Shown here: in pieces, positions 25,853 through 35,256 of the stretch
Position numbering within the stretch: position 1 is the stretch's first letter
Layout of the letters: each line of letters starts with the position of its first letter
IMG/VR virus record: IMGVR_UViG_3300022309_000005
Location: 1 to 64,000 of that record
Reading direction: 5' to 3' (one strand)
From: a virus
Taxonomy: Duplodnaviria > Caudoviricetes
DNA: 64,000 bases
Notes under the pieces: generated by a model
Told to the model about the DNA's origin: nothing
Databases searched by the model: none
Seen by the model: the letters and a program-made list of their open reading frames with translations, nothing else
Program-made: the position numbers and the translations under genes

Positions 25853-25974
25853 GGCGTGTCACCACTGGAAAGCTCTGCGCAGCTCTTCGCGCGTGGGTGG
25901 CCCTTCGCCACTCGCCGCGCCCCGCTGCGTCTGGGGCTTCCCGGGTGAGTCTCCGACTCCCGGCGCTTCGTCTT

Positions 25975-27084
25975 CTACTCCGCCGCGAGCAGGGCCGTCA
26001 ACGTGTCCTCGACGGTCGCTCGCCTGGCCGGCACCGGAGGGGCGCCGGGGTGCGTCTTGATGCTGCTCGACGCCTGGATGGCCGCTTGCGTGGAGGCGAT
26101 GTTCGCCTTCGCAACTTCCGCGGCCTTCCGCTGCTCGATGATGGCCCGGATCTCCGGGTTCATCGCAACGGCTTGATCGTAGGCGGTTTCGAGGTCCGGC
26201 GCAAGACCGGACTGGATGAGGAGCCCCATCTTCTCGCGCACATCCTGGAAGAAGGGCCGATCCTTGCCGAACGCCTCGACCGCATCCGCCGCGCGCTCCT
26301 GTTCGCGCTGCGCGCTCGACGTGGCCGCAGTGGCGATCTGCTGCTGGAGGGCGGAAATCTGCTGGAGGGCCTGATCGAGCCGCGGATCCGAGCGGGGCTG
26401 GGGCTTGCCGTCTGCCCCGCCGAGCCCGAGCGCGTCGTTGATGGCCTCCAGGTCGATCCGGTTGCGCTTGATGAGTGTCGCCACGGCCTCCGGCGCCCTG
26501 GGGCTCTGGAGCGTCGCGGCGAACTGCAAGAGGCTCTGGATCGCTGGGAGGGGCTCGGCACCCATCGCGCGCAGCATCGGCTCGTAGGGCCGGATGGCGC
26601 CCTCGATCTCCTCCCGCCATCGCTTGTTTTCGATGGCCCTGGTCATGGCCGTCGAGACGTTGCGCTCCCGCCGGTCGATCTCCTGCTGCGCCCACTCCGG
26701 GAGCTCGCTGAAGCGCTCGCGCATCGCCGGCCCCCACGCCTGGGGGGCGCGGATCTTCGGGGCGGCCTTCGCCGGGTCCGCGGCGACCTCGGGCGGCTTC
26801 TCGCCGGGCGCCGCGGGCTCGGCCTTCGCCTCGGGCTTGAGCTTCTCGGCCTTGGCGCCCTCCGAAGCCTTCGCCGCCGGCTCCGTGGCCTTGGCGAAGC
26901 GCCCGGCGTCGTCGCGTGGCTTCTCGGCCTTCGCGGGCTCCGGAACGGCCGGCGCCGTCTCCACCGGGGTCTCGGGGGTGGCCGAAACCGCCGCCGGGAT
27001 GGCCGCCTGTGGTGAGGTCGGAGCAGCTCCGGCCTCGCTCACCGCCGCGTCGTACGCCTCGCCAATCGCTTGATCCAGGTCCAT
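25975..27084 (-). CDS. Capsid scaffolding protein
   Basis: Ala/Pro/Glu-rich, 'RDDAGRFAK', 'APQAW', 'LETAYDQAVAMNP'; directly upstream of the capsid gene. Confidence 0.75.
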   Translation of the reverse strand: MDLDQAIGEAYDAAVSEAGAAPTSPQAAIPAAVSATPETPVETAPAVPEPAKAEKPRDDAGRFAKATEPAAKASEGAKAEKLKPEAKAEPAAPGEKPPEVAADPAKAAPKIRAPQAWGPAMRERFSELPEWAQQEIDRRERNVSTAMTRAIENKRWREEIEGAIRPYEPMLRAMGAEPLPAIQSLLQFAATLQSPRAPEAVATLIKRNRIDLEAINDALGLGGADGKPQPRSDPRLDQALQQISALQQQIATAATSSAQREQERAADAVEAFGKDRPFFQDVREKMGLLIQSGLAPDLETAYDQAVAMNPEIRAIIEQRKAAEVAKANIASTQAAIQASSSIKTHPGAPPVPARRATVEDTLTALLAAE

Positions 27085-27108
27085 GGTTCCCTCGGGTGTG
27101 TCGCGGGC

Positions 27109-27546
27109 CTACCGCCCGCGGTCCTGCTCGTGCATGGCGCGGCCGATGGTCTCCTCGAGCCGCCGTGTTCCGTCGCCCCCGCCGCTCAGGAAGCGGGCGC
27201 GGTCCTTCTCCGCCTTGGCCCAGACTCCGGCATAGTCTCCGGCGTCCGCGAGCCCGTTCTGCCGCATGTACTCCCGCCGCTTCCGCCGCGAGCCGATGTC
27301 CGTCCCGTCCGTGGCCCGCGTGCCGTCCATGTAGAGGTCCGTCACCACCGCCACCCGGCCGAACGTGTCCGCGGCCTCGGGCGCCCGGTACTCGGACGCC
27401 GGGACGAGCGCGCGCCGCTCGCGATCCCAGATCCACCGCCCGCGCTGCGGCTTCGCCTCGCCGAAGACCGCCTCGTGGTGTTCGCGGAACCCGTCCGTCA
27501 CCTCGTACCGCTGGGTGCTCCGGCTCTTGTGGCTGCGCTCGCTCAT
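27109..27546 (-). CDS. Conserved head-module hypothetical protein
   Basis: 'DGTDIGSRRKRREYMRQNGL'; homologue at 63441..63878. Confidence 0.65.
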   Translation of the reverse strand: MSERSHKSRSTQRYEVTDGFREHHEAVFGEAKPQRGRWIWDRERRALVPASEYRAPEAADTFGRVAVVTDLYMDGTRATDGTDIGSRRKRREYMRQNGLADAGDYAGVWAKAEKDRARFLSGGGDGTRRLEETIGRAMHEQDRGR

Positions 27547-27806
27547 GGTGTCGGATCTCCAGTGTTCGGATCTCGACAGCCGCGGCCGAACTGGCAACCA
27601 GGGAACGGCGCCTCCTTGCACTTGATGCCCACCCATCGGCATTTGAAACCGTGCGGGTTCGGCATCTGGCACCGGCCGCATTGCAACCGCTCGAAGCCGG
27701 TGGGGGCGAAGAGGTCGTGACCGATGATCTGGCAATCGCCAGGACGCAACAGTTCGTCCGGCAATGGCGTTTGACTTGGATCGTTGAGCTGCTCGTGCTC
27801 GCCCAT
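27543..27806 (-). CDS. Cys-rich hypothetical protein in a variable slot
   Basis: 87 aa, coupled to the downstream gene; not homologous to the gene in the same slot of copy B. Confidence 0.5.
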   Translation of the reverse strand: MGEHEQLNDPSQTPLPDELLRPGDCQIIGHDLFAPTGFERLQCGRCQMPNPHGFKCRWVGIKCKEAPFPGCQFGRGCRDPNTGDPTP

Positions 27807-27821
27807 CGCCGCCTGCCCCTT

Positions 27822-29840
27822 CTAGATGTTCGGCTCGCCCATGCGGCGCGCGGCCTGCTGAAGCAGCAGCTTGCGCGCCGTCTCGTCCACGTTCGCGTCC
27901 GCCTGGTTCTTCTCGATCTGCGCCTTGGCCTGCACCTCGGCCTGCTGTCCGATGATGTTGGCCTTCAGCTTGAATTGCTCCTTGGCGATCTCCTGCTGAC
28001 CCTTGAGCTGCTGCGTCTGGAGCTTCATCGCGTCGGCGCCGGAGGGTCCGCCCTGTGCGCCGAGTTGCGGACCCGCCTGCTTCGCCGATTCGATGGCCCG
28101 GTCGAGCACCGCCTCGATGTCCGAGCCCCCGCGCACGCCGGCAACCACCCACTGGAGCAGTTCGAGCACCTCGGGGAGCGCCTGGGGCATCGCCTGGATC
28201 AGCGGCATCACGGCGGCGATGAACTGGGAGATGGCCGCAGCAACCTCGGTGCGCTCGTTCTTGAGCGCGTCGAAGTCCGTCATCGCCAGCGACTCGGGCT
28301 GGATCTGGATCCGGTACTCCTGGCCGCGCTGGCGGAGCAACTCGAGCGCCTGGGGCGCAAGCTGCGCGTCCGTCGTGCGCATGACGTTGGAGCGCTCCAG
28401 AAGCGTCGCGTCCTCGAAGCGCCGCGCCATCACCCGCGCTCGGAGCGTCTGCACTTCCGAGGCGAACTGGGCGAAACGCTGCTGTCTCCACTGGAGCCGC
28501 ACCGAGCCGAAGCGGGCCATGATGCGGTCTTGCGTCGCGGTCCGCCCAGGCTCCGCCGCCTGCCCGCGCATCACGTCCGACATTCCGGTGATCTGCCGGA
28601 GCGCGTTGATCTGCTCCGTCCTGTACTCACGAAGCGCCATCAAGGCGGAAACGACCTGATCCAGCGGCATCCAGTCCACGGAGCCTTTGAGTCCGCCATT
28701 CGTCGCCAGGGCGGCAAAGTTCGTCACCGGGATCATCTTGTTTTCAGACGAGTCGGTTAGCAATCCCTGAAGTGTCGGATTGGATGCGTCAAAGATGCCC
28801 ACCACCCGAAGTGCGCGCTCCAGCCTGCCGATCCGCGTCGAGAGGTCGTTGATCTCCTTGTAGATGTCCTGGGCAACGCAGTAGTCCGGTTTCGGTATGT
28901 ACTTGACCGTAACCGCGTTGAGGCACATCGGCGCCGGGCACGGGAAGAAGCCTGGCAGCTCCAGCGGATCCGCCTGCCCACCGGACGGGTTGAGCTTGAC
29001 GCCCTTGGGGGCGAGGACGGAATCTGCGCCCTCGACGTACCAGAACACCTCGCGCGTGTCCCGCATCCAGACTTCCCACAAGCGCACGTGATCCCACGGG
29101 CCGGCCGCCTCCATGGCGCGTCCGTTCGTCTGACCGGGCTGGTCTTCCTTGCCGGCGACGGGCAGGCGCTCCACCGCCTCCTTTCCGAACCGACGCTGCA
29201 TCTCCGGGATGGGCACGTCCACGCCGAACGCCACCCAGCGCACCTCCGGCCAGACGCGCGCCGGGCTCCAGAGGATGTCGCCGTGGTGCACGTAGTCCGT
29301 CTCGACGCGCTCATTCGGCCGGCGGTACTCGCCGGGCACCGCCGGCGCCAGCTCCGCCCCGGTGACCGGGTCGAGCTTGGCCGCCACGCCCTGGAGCTGG
29401 ACCATCTCGCCGATGTCGTAGCGGATGCGCACCAGTCCGAAGTCCACAAGGAGCGAGTCCTCGAGCGCGCTCTGGAGCGCGGCCCGGAACGTGTCATCGT
29501 CGCCCTGGATGTCGGCGTTCAGGATCCGCTCGAGCATCTCGCCGGACACCCGGGCGGCGTCGTCGGATGGGTCCGCGAACCGGCGAGAGACGGACACGCT
29601 CGGGTCCGATCCGAACATCATCGCCCGGAGGGTCTGGATGTCCGACGTGAAGATGTTCCAGTGGACGAGCGCCCGCGGACTTTCGCGCCCCTCGTCGAGG
29701 TACGCCTTGATGGCGTCGGCGGCGTCCTTCCGCCAGCCCTCCAGGGCCTTGCGCGCAGCCTCGAACTCGCGGCCGATGCGCGCCGCCCACCCGCGCGGAT
29801 CGTCCTGGTACTGCGTCTCGGCGGTGGACGTGTCACCCAT
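27822..29840 (-). CDS. Portal protein
   Basis: 672 aa directly after the terminase; 'FFPCPAP', 'IRQITGMSDVMRG'; Gln-rich C-terminus typical of podovirus portals. Confidence 0.8.
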   Translation of the reverse strand: MGDTSTAETQYQDDPRGWAARIGREFEAARKALEGWRKDAADAIKAYLDEGRESPRALVHWNIFTSDIQTLRAMMFGSDPSVSVSRRFADPSDDAARVSGEMLERILNADIQGDDDTFRAALQSALEDSLLVDFGLVRIRYDIGEMVQLQGVAAKLDPVTGAELAPAVPGEYRRPNERVETDYVHHGDILWSPARVWPEVRWVAFGVDVPIPEMQRRFGKEAVERLPVAGKEDQPGQTNGRAMEAAGPWDHVRLWEVWMRDTREVFWYVEGADSVLAPKGVKLNPSGGQADPLELPGFFPCPAPMCLNAVTVKYIPKPDYCVAQDIYKEINDLSTRIGRLERALRVVGIFDASNPTLQGLLTDSSENKMIPVTNFAALATNGGLKGSVDWMPLDQVVSALMALREYRTEQINALRQITGMSDVMRGQAAEPGRTATQDRIMARFGSVRLQWRQQRFAQFASEVQTLRARVMARRFEDATLLERSNVMRTTDAQLAPQALELLRQRGQEYRIQIQPESLAMTDFDALKNERTEVAAAISQFIAAVMPLIQAMPQALPEVLELLQWVVAGVRGGSDIEAVLDRAIESAKQAGPQLGAQGGPSGADAMKLQTQQLKGQQEIAKEQFKLKANIIGQQAEVQAKAQIEKNQADANVDETARKLLLQQAARRMGEPNI

Positions 29841-31272
29841 GGCTGAGCCTCTCGTAGTGGGCCTGGAACAAAGCCTCGATGGAGTTCGGCGGCGGCCTCT
29901 GTTCGGCCGGCGGCTTGGCGAGCGCGAACTTCATCGGGCGCGCGGAGCAGGCGAGGTAGCGGAAGGCGTCGGCGGTGTGGCTGGCCCAGTCGTGGACGGG
30001 CTGCTTCTTGTAGACCTTGCGCTCTTCGTCCCACTGGTAGCGATAGGCCCCAAGCCTCCGGAGGCCCTCGGCGCAGCGCGCGTGGACGCGGATCGGCTGC
30101 TCGAGGAGCCAGCGCACGGCCCCGATGCCGTCCACGAGCGAGAGCTCCGGGGCGATGGTGACGCGGCCCGGGTAGTCCGCGGAGAACAACTCCACCGTCG
30201 AGATCCCGGTCTGGAGGCTGTGCGCGCGGGCGTCGTGCGGCAGGATGATCCGGGCGTACTGGTAGCCGCGCTCCTTCAGGATGGCGAGCCCACCCTTCCG
30301 AGGAGCACCGTCCACGACCCGGTCTTCGGACAGCCCGATCCCGCTGTACTCGTCCCAGTCGATGATGACCGGCAGGCCGTCCGCGTCGAGCCGGAAGAAC
30401 CACATCGCGGTCCCGTCCGAGTACCCGAGATCGAAGACCACGAAGACGCCGTCGCGCGGGTGCGCGAAGTCACCGAATCCGCCGCGGGTCCGGAGCGCCT
30501 CCAGTAGCTCACCGTAGACGCTGCCCTTGTCGGCGCGCGGGTACTTGCCGCGCAGGTACTCGTCGATCCACTCCTGGTCCTTGCCTGCGATCAGGTCGCG
30601 GTAGTAGCCGTCCGGCAGGTTGGCGATGTTCTCCGCATCCGGGGCAAGGCCCGAGGGCTGCTCGAACAGCTCATGGTTGTCGGGGCGCTTCACCGAGAAC
30701 AGCTCGTAGCCCCAATGCGAGGTGGCCCACGGATTCGTGTCCAGCCACATGCCGGACCACGTCGGGCCTCCGTCGCGCTTGGCCGGGAAGCGCCGTAGGC
30801 GCGTCTGGAGGGCCTCGAACACCTCGCGCGCGATCTCCCGGCCCTCGTTCAGGTAGGCGCCTGTCAACTCCAGGGAGAGGAGCTTCTTCACGTCCCCGGG
30901 CCGGTCGAGCGCTCGGAAAAGCACCTCCGCCTCGAGGCTCGTCCCATCGCCGCACGGCTTGTTGATGCGGAAGGCGAAGTCCGTCTCGTTCCAGGTCCCG
31001 AGCGCACCCAGCCATTGCTCGAAGGTCCTCCGGGTAGTGTCACGCAGCTCCCGGTAGGTGTTCCTCACCACCGCCCACCGCGTGCATCGCTTCCCCTGCG
31101 CGTTCGGGGCCTGGGCCGCGGCGCGCCGGAGGAGCTCCATCACGCATGCCGACGACTTGCCGGAGCCCACCGGCCCCACGCAGGCGCGCACGAAGGCGTC
31201 GCTCTGCATGAATTGCCACAGCGTGGGCGGGGCGGCGTAGTCGATCAGCATGGCGAGGATCAGGAACTTCAT
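29833..31272 (-). CDS. Terminase large subunit (start possibly 31251)
   Basis: GPVGSGKSS, VVRNTYREL, LELTGAYLNE, FDLGYSDGT, HDWASHTADAFRY. Confidence 0.9.
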   Translation of the reverse strand: MKFLILAMLIDYAAPPTLWQFMQSDAFVRACVGPVGSGKSSACVMELLRRAAAQAPNAQGKRCTRWAVVRNTYRELRDTTRRTFEQWLGALGTWNETDFAFRINKPCGDGTSLEAEVLFRALDRPGDVKKLLSLELTGAYLNEGREIAREVFEALQTRLRRFPAKRDGGPTWSGMWLDTNPWATSHWGYELFSVKRPDNHELFEQPSGLAPDAENIANLPDGYYRDLIAGKDQEWIDEYLRGKYPRADKGSVYGELLEALRTRGGFGDFAHPRDGVFVVFDLGYSDGTAMWFFRLDADGLPVIIDWDEYSGIGLSEDRVVDGAPRKGGLAILKERGYQYARIILPHDARAHSLQTGISTVELFSADYPGRVTIAPELSLVDGIGAVRWLLEQPIRVHARCAEGLRRLGAYRYQWDEERKVYKKQPVHDWASHTADAFRYLACSARPMKFALAKPPAEQRPPPNSIEALFQAHYERLSHG

Positions 31273-31535
31273 CGGGCGCGCGGGTGGGAGGTCGGCATGG
31301 TCACGATGCCTCGGTGCTCATCCTGCCATCTGGAATAGTCCGTTGCGGTGCGCGACCTTGCGCGGCGGACGGACCAGCCAAGCAGCCGGTATCCGAGCGC
31401 ACGCAGACCCAGGCCCAGGATCCAGATCCATCGCCAAGCGCCGAGACATCTTCCGCCGATGTGTCTCGGCGGATACTCGCCTACGCCCACGGCCGAGCAG
31501 ACGCCGCACTTCCACGTCGCGAACCCGCTCACGCC
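31269..31535 (-). CDS. Small hypothetical protein
   Basis: WKCGVC-containing part of ORF 31269..31631; true start uncertain. Confidence 0.4.
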   Translation of the reverse strand, partial: GVSGFATWKCGVCSAVGVGEYPPRHIGGRCLGAWRWIWILGLGLRALGYRLLGWSVRRARSRTATDYSRWQDEHRGIVTMPTSHPRAR

Positions 31536-31744
31536 CTGCTCCCAGCCTCGGCCATCTCCTCGGCGCGCTCCTCGCCGGGCCGCTCCATCTCGCCGGAGCA
31601 GTACGGGCACCGCTCGCCGCACGCCTCGCACTTGGGTTCCATCTCGGCGCCGCCCTCGCCTCCCGCCATCGGGCCGGCGTTCGGCTTCCGGAGGGCGTCG
31701 GCCATCATCCTGCGCTTCATGTCGGGGTTGTCGTAGGGCATCAC
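31529..31744 (-). CDS. Small zinc-finger-like protein
   Basis: CEACGERCPYC. Confidence 0.55.
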   Translation of the reverse strand: MMPYDNPDMKRRMMADALRKPNAGPMAGGEGGAEMEPKCEACGERCPYCSGEMERPGEERAEEMAEAGSRA

Positions 31745-31901
31745 GTCTCCTTGGGTGTCGCGGTGTTCGTCTCGGGCTTCGGCGCGTACTGGAGCACGAC
31801 CGGTCGGGCTGGCAGCCGGATCCGAGCGATCTCGTACGCGCGCCGCAGTTGCTCTTCGTACTCCAGCCTGGGCGGAACAGCGTCGTTCGACATATCGATC
31901 T

Positions 31902-32258
31902 TCACTTCGTCTCGCCCTCCCTCCGGATGACGACGGTCAACGCGCCGCCGTCCGCGCCCGCGTGCTCGAGCGGCTGGGTGGGCTTGCCCCAGCCCCGATC
32001 CAGGAGCGCCGACGCGGCCGAAACGCGCGCCGATGGCTGGGCCTCTTCGTTCTGGGCGATCTCGACCAGGGTGCGGATGGCGACCTCGGTGTGTTCCCGC
32101 GCGAGCTCGCGGACGGGGCCGGCAGTCTTTGGCCGCCCGCTTGGGTTGCCGCTTTGGCCGGGCTGGAACGGCCGGCCAACGGGCATCTTCCGTGCGGCTG
32201 ATTCGTCGCTGTTAGCTGGCGTCGGGTTGTCCGCCATTGGGCTACCATGCATGACCAT
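31902..32258 (-). CDS. Terminase small subunit (DUF5681-type)
   Basis: PFQPGQSGNPSGRPK...ARVSAASALLDRGWGKP; upstream of the large subunit. Confidence 0.75.
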   Translation of the reverse strand: MVMHGSPMADNPTPANSDESAARKMPVGRPFQPGQSGNPSGRPKTAGPVRELAREHTEVAIRTLVEIAQNEEAQPSARVSAASALLDRGWGKPTQPLEHAGADGGALTVVIRREGETK

Positions 32259-32268
32259 GCCCTACGTG

Positions 32269-32628
32269 TCAAGCCCGGCGCTGCCCGAGCCTCGGCGGCG
32301 TGGGCTTCTCGCCGCCCCCGCCGATGATCCGGCCGGTGTTCGTCTCGACGGCCACGGCGCGGTCATCGTAGATGCGGGCGAACCTCGGGTGCTTGATGTT
32401 CGTGGCCTCCAGCTCGATGCCCAGGTGGAGCTTCGTCCAGGCCCGGATCGCGCGCACCGCCGCTGGAGTGTTGGCCCTGGCGCTGAAGATGACCACCTCG
32501 ATCCCGTCGTCGAGCCAGCCCTTCACGCGCTCCAGCATCAACGGGATGGGGTCGCCGATGATGGTTGGGCCTCGGAATCCCGTGTACTTGGCGAACGTCC
32601 CGTCGAGGTCGAGCGCATAGGTGGGCAT
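32269..32628 (-). CDS. HAD-superfamily phosphatase-like protein
   Basis: ALDLDGTF, IFSAR, IYDDRA motifs. Confidence 0.7.
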   Translation of the reverse strand: MPTYALDLDGTFAKYTGFRGPTIIGDPIPLMLERVKGWLDDGIEVVIFSARANTPAAVRAIRAWTKLHLGIELEATNIKHPRFARIYDDRAVAVETNTGRIIGGGGEKPTPPRLGQRRA

Positions 32629-32677
32629 GCGTGGCATATACCACCGTAGAGGCCGGCCGAAAAGCGCGCACGGGCAC

Positions 32678-32706
32678 TTGACACCGATTCTTAATCCGCG
32701 TATGGT
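32678..32706 (+). promoter_or_regulatory. Near-consensus sigma70 promoter
   Basis: TTGACA-N17-TATGGT upstream of a run of small plus-strand genes. Confidence 0.75.
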
Positions 32707-32753
32707 GCTGTTCGTAGGGCGGCGCAGGGGCCGCCCGGGATGGAGCGGACGAC

Positions 32754-32972
32754 ATGGCGACCACGACGATGATCAACCCGAAGTTCTACGTCGCGCGCCG
32801 TGACACCCGCTGGGACGTGTACCCACAGCGGGAACCGGAAACCGTGGTGGCCCGCGACTGGCATGGCTTCTGGGCGTACGCCCCAGGCGTGGGCTGGTTT
32901 AAGTCGCCCGCGTCCTACGTGACGTTCCAAGAGATCACCGAAGCCGAGGCGCTCGCGCTGGCCCAGGCGTAG
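32754..32972 (+). CDS. Early hypothetical protein
   Basis: First ORF after the promoter; GGAG SD. Confidence 0.6.
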   Translation: MATTTMINPKFYVARRDTRWDVYPQREPETVVARDWHGFWAYAPGVGWFKSPASYVTFQEITEAEALALAQA

Positions 32973-33059
32973 CCCGCCGGTCCGCCGGCCCTCTCGCCGC
33001 CCGAGACGTAGGGGGCGCCCGGTTCGAGACCGGGAGGCGAGTTCACGAAGCGAGGAGGG

Positions 33060-33431
33060 ATGAGCATGACGAAGACGACCACGAACAGCCCCACGCCTGG
33101 ACCGTGGGTGTTCAAGAAGCTGAGCGATGTTGACCAGATCCGCCGGGTCATCCGAGGCAACGGCGATACGATCAACGTGGCGGCTCAATCCCAATGGTTC
33201 GACAGCTCGACGCCAGAGGCGGAGGCCGACGCGAATTGGCAGCTCATGGCGTCGGCGCAGCAGCAGGCGGAAGCGCTGAAGTCCATCTTGCAGCGCGCCG
33301 AGGGGCTCCGCAACGCTCTGGCGCTGGTCTGCGGCTCCGGCGCGGTGCCGGCGAAGTTGAGGCGCCCGCTGGAGGCGGTGGCCGGCGAGGTCGAGGAGAT
33401 TCGGGCGACGGCCGAGAAGGCGCTCGGGTAG
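33060..33431 (+). CDS. Early protein ('TPGPW...ANWQLMASA' phage family)
   Basis: GAGGAGG SD; TPGPW motif. Confidence 0.6.
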   Translation: MSMTKTTTNSPTPGPWVFKKLSDVDQIRRVIRGNGDTINVAAQSQWFDSSTPEAEADANWQLMASAQQQAEALKSILQRAEGLRNALALVCGSGAVPAKLRRPLEAVAGEVEEIRATAEKALG

Positions 33432-33471
33432 CCCCTCCCCGGCCGCTGACGCCGGGGGACAGGAGACGAAC

Positions 33472-33636
33472 TTGAAGACCGAGAACGACGCGGATCTTTG
33501 GGCGCAGTGGCTAGCGCACGGCAGGGGCGGAACGTGCGCGGCATGCGAGCGCGCGGCGCGGGCGATGGACTACCGTGGGTGCTGCACGGAATGGGTGGCG
33601 AAGTTCGAGGCGGCCGGAGCTGGTCCGCGCTGCTGA
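33472..33636 (+). CDS. Small Cys-containing ORF (TTG start, not in the ORF track)
   Basis: AGGAG SD; KTENDADLWAQW...CAAC...CCTEW. Confidence 0.45.
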   Translation: MKTENDADLWAQWLAHGRGGTCAACERAARAMDYRGCCTEWVAKFEAAGAGPRC

Positions 33637-33714
33637 GCTGACCCGTTCGTCCGGCCGGGTGACGCCGGACCACCACGCCAGCACATCGCCCGGTGGCGCG
33701 GGCCTGGAGAAGCG

Positions 33715-34095
33715 ATGAACTACCTGAACTGCACGCCGCACGCTGTTGTCATCTACGACGCCGATGGCAAGAACATCCTCGCGACGATCCCGCCGAGCCA
33801 GTGGACGATCCGCGTCCAGACCCCGCCCCAGCGCCTGGTCCGGACGGTCGAGATCGAGGGCGTGAGTGTGCCCGTCGTCTCGGCCCAGGACTTCGAGACC
33901 GGCGAGGTGACCGGCGTCCCGCCCTGTGACGAGTTCGAGCAGGGGCGCACGGCCCTGATCGTGGGCGTCATCGGCGCCGAGGCCGTGGACAGCCTCTGGA
34001 ACGGCCCCGTGTACGTTACGGACACCGGGCCGGAGTCCGCGGTGCGCGACTTGAGCGGGCGGATCCTTGGGGTGCGGCGGTTGCAGCTCCCGTAG
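33715..34095 (+). CDS. Conserved phage protein ('NxTPH...TIPPS...VRD..GRILG' type)
   Basis: Motif pattern recognised from phage hypothetical proteins. Confidence 0.6.
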   Translation: MNYLNCTPHAVVIYDADGKNILATIPPSQWTIRVQTPPQRLVRTVEIEGVSVPVVSAQDFETGEVTGVPPCDEFEQGRTALIVGVIGAEAVDSLWNGPVYVTDTGPESAVRDLSGRILGVRRLQLP

Positions 34096-34169
34096 CTGGG
34101 GCGGGGTCGCTGGACGGGCGGCACCGTGCCGCCCGAGACGCCCCCGGGAGGGGGCAGGAGATCGAGACG

Positions 34170-34640
34170 ATGACCATCCCCGCCACAGCAGCCCGCGAAG
34201 CGGTGCTGGCGATTCACCGGCGCATGGCCGCGGCCCTGGACGCTGTCAGAGATTCGGCGCTCGAGGAGCTGATGCCCAGCGCAGCCGCGCCACCGCCGCC
34301 CCCATTAGAGGGGCCGGGGCTGGCGCAGGCGGCTGCGCCCATGCTGGATCGGCTCTCGGAAATCGAACTCACCGCGAGCGCTCCCGTGGTGCCCGATGCC
34401 CTCATGGTGCCCATGCCAGTCGGGCAACTGCGCGCCCTCCGACGCGCACTCTCCGCAGAGGATGAACGGGCGCGGAAGGATCGCGCACTTCGCGAGCGGT
34501 GGATCGGTCAGCTCGTGCTGGCGCGCGCAGAACTGGTGTTCGTGAGCCAGGAGGAGGCGGTCCGCCGCGCCCGGGGGCGCATTCACACGGTGGCGTGCGA
34601 GCTGATCGACGGGACCTCCGAGCTGGGGTCCACGCCATGA
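34170..34640 (+). CDS. Hypothetical protein
   Basis: GGAG SD; coupled to the next gene. Confidence 0.5.
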   Translation: MTIPATAAREAVLAIHRRMAAALDAVRDSALEELMPSAAAPPPPPLEGPGLAQAAAPMLDRLSEIELTASAPVVPDALMVPMPVGQLRALRRALSAEDERARKDRALRERWIGQLVLARAELVFVSQEEAVRRARGRIHTVACELIDGTSELGSTP

Positions 34641-34939
34641 CCGCGCCCGCCCTCGGAAGCCGCATCCGCCGCGCCCGCGAGGCCGCCGGCATGGGCCTGC
34701 GGGAGCTGGCGCGCGCCGCCGGCAAGTCCGCCGCGTGGCTGTCGCGGCTGGAGCGCGGCGAGAACATGGGGGCCAGCGTGCGCACGATCCAGACGTTCGC
34801 CCGGCTGCTGCGGATCGACCCGGACGCGCTCCTGCTCGCCGCCGGGAAGGTCCCGCCGGACGTGCTCCGGCGCCTCCAGGACAACCCTGGCCTGTGTGAG
34901 ATGGTCCGGCTCTGGGCCGACAAGGAGAAGACACGATGA
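34637..34939 (+). CDS. XRE-family helix-turn-helix regulator
   Basis: LGSRIRRAREAAGMGLRELARAAGKSAAWLSRLERGE. Confidence 0.85.
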   Translation: MTAPALGSRIRRAREAAGMGLRELARAAGKSAAWLSRLERGENMGASVRTIQTFARLLRIDPDALLLAAGKVPPDVLRRLQDNPGLCEMVRLWADKEKTR

Positions 34940-35256
34940 GCGATTCTGTTTGGTGCGACGGATGCGGACGCGAAGAGGATCGACGGATGCGCGCCATAGC
35001 CCCCGAGGGCTGGACGTTCCTGCGCCTGCGCTCCGGGGAGACCGGCAAAGAGGAGTCCTACGTCTACGCCTGCTCGCCAGCGTGCAGGGCCGCGCTCGAC
35101 GCGCGATGGGAGCCGGGGCCCGGTCGCCTCGAGCCGACCCTGGGTGAACTGGCGTTGCGCGCCGAGTACCGCCGGCCGCTCGACGAGCTGTTGCGGGCCC
35201 TGGACGAGTTCCGCGCGGCGATCCAGGACGCGGCCAAGGATGGCCGACAGCCATGA
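34936..35256 (+). CDS. Hypothetical protein with CxxC
   Basis: WCDGC...ACSPAC; ATGA-coupled. Confidence 0.55.
   Translation: MSDSVWCDGCGREEDRRMRAIAPEGWTFLRLRSGETGKEESYVYACSPACRAALDARWEPGPGRLEPTLGELALRAEYRRPLDELLRALDEFRAAIQDAAKDGRQP

Noticed and set aside
32960-33045. tRNA gene
   Set aside because: The T-arm is present but only ~18 nt separate it from the acceptor-like strand; no D or anticodon arm and no CCA. Kept only as a tRNA-like structure.
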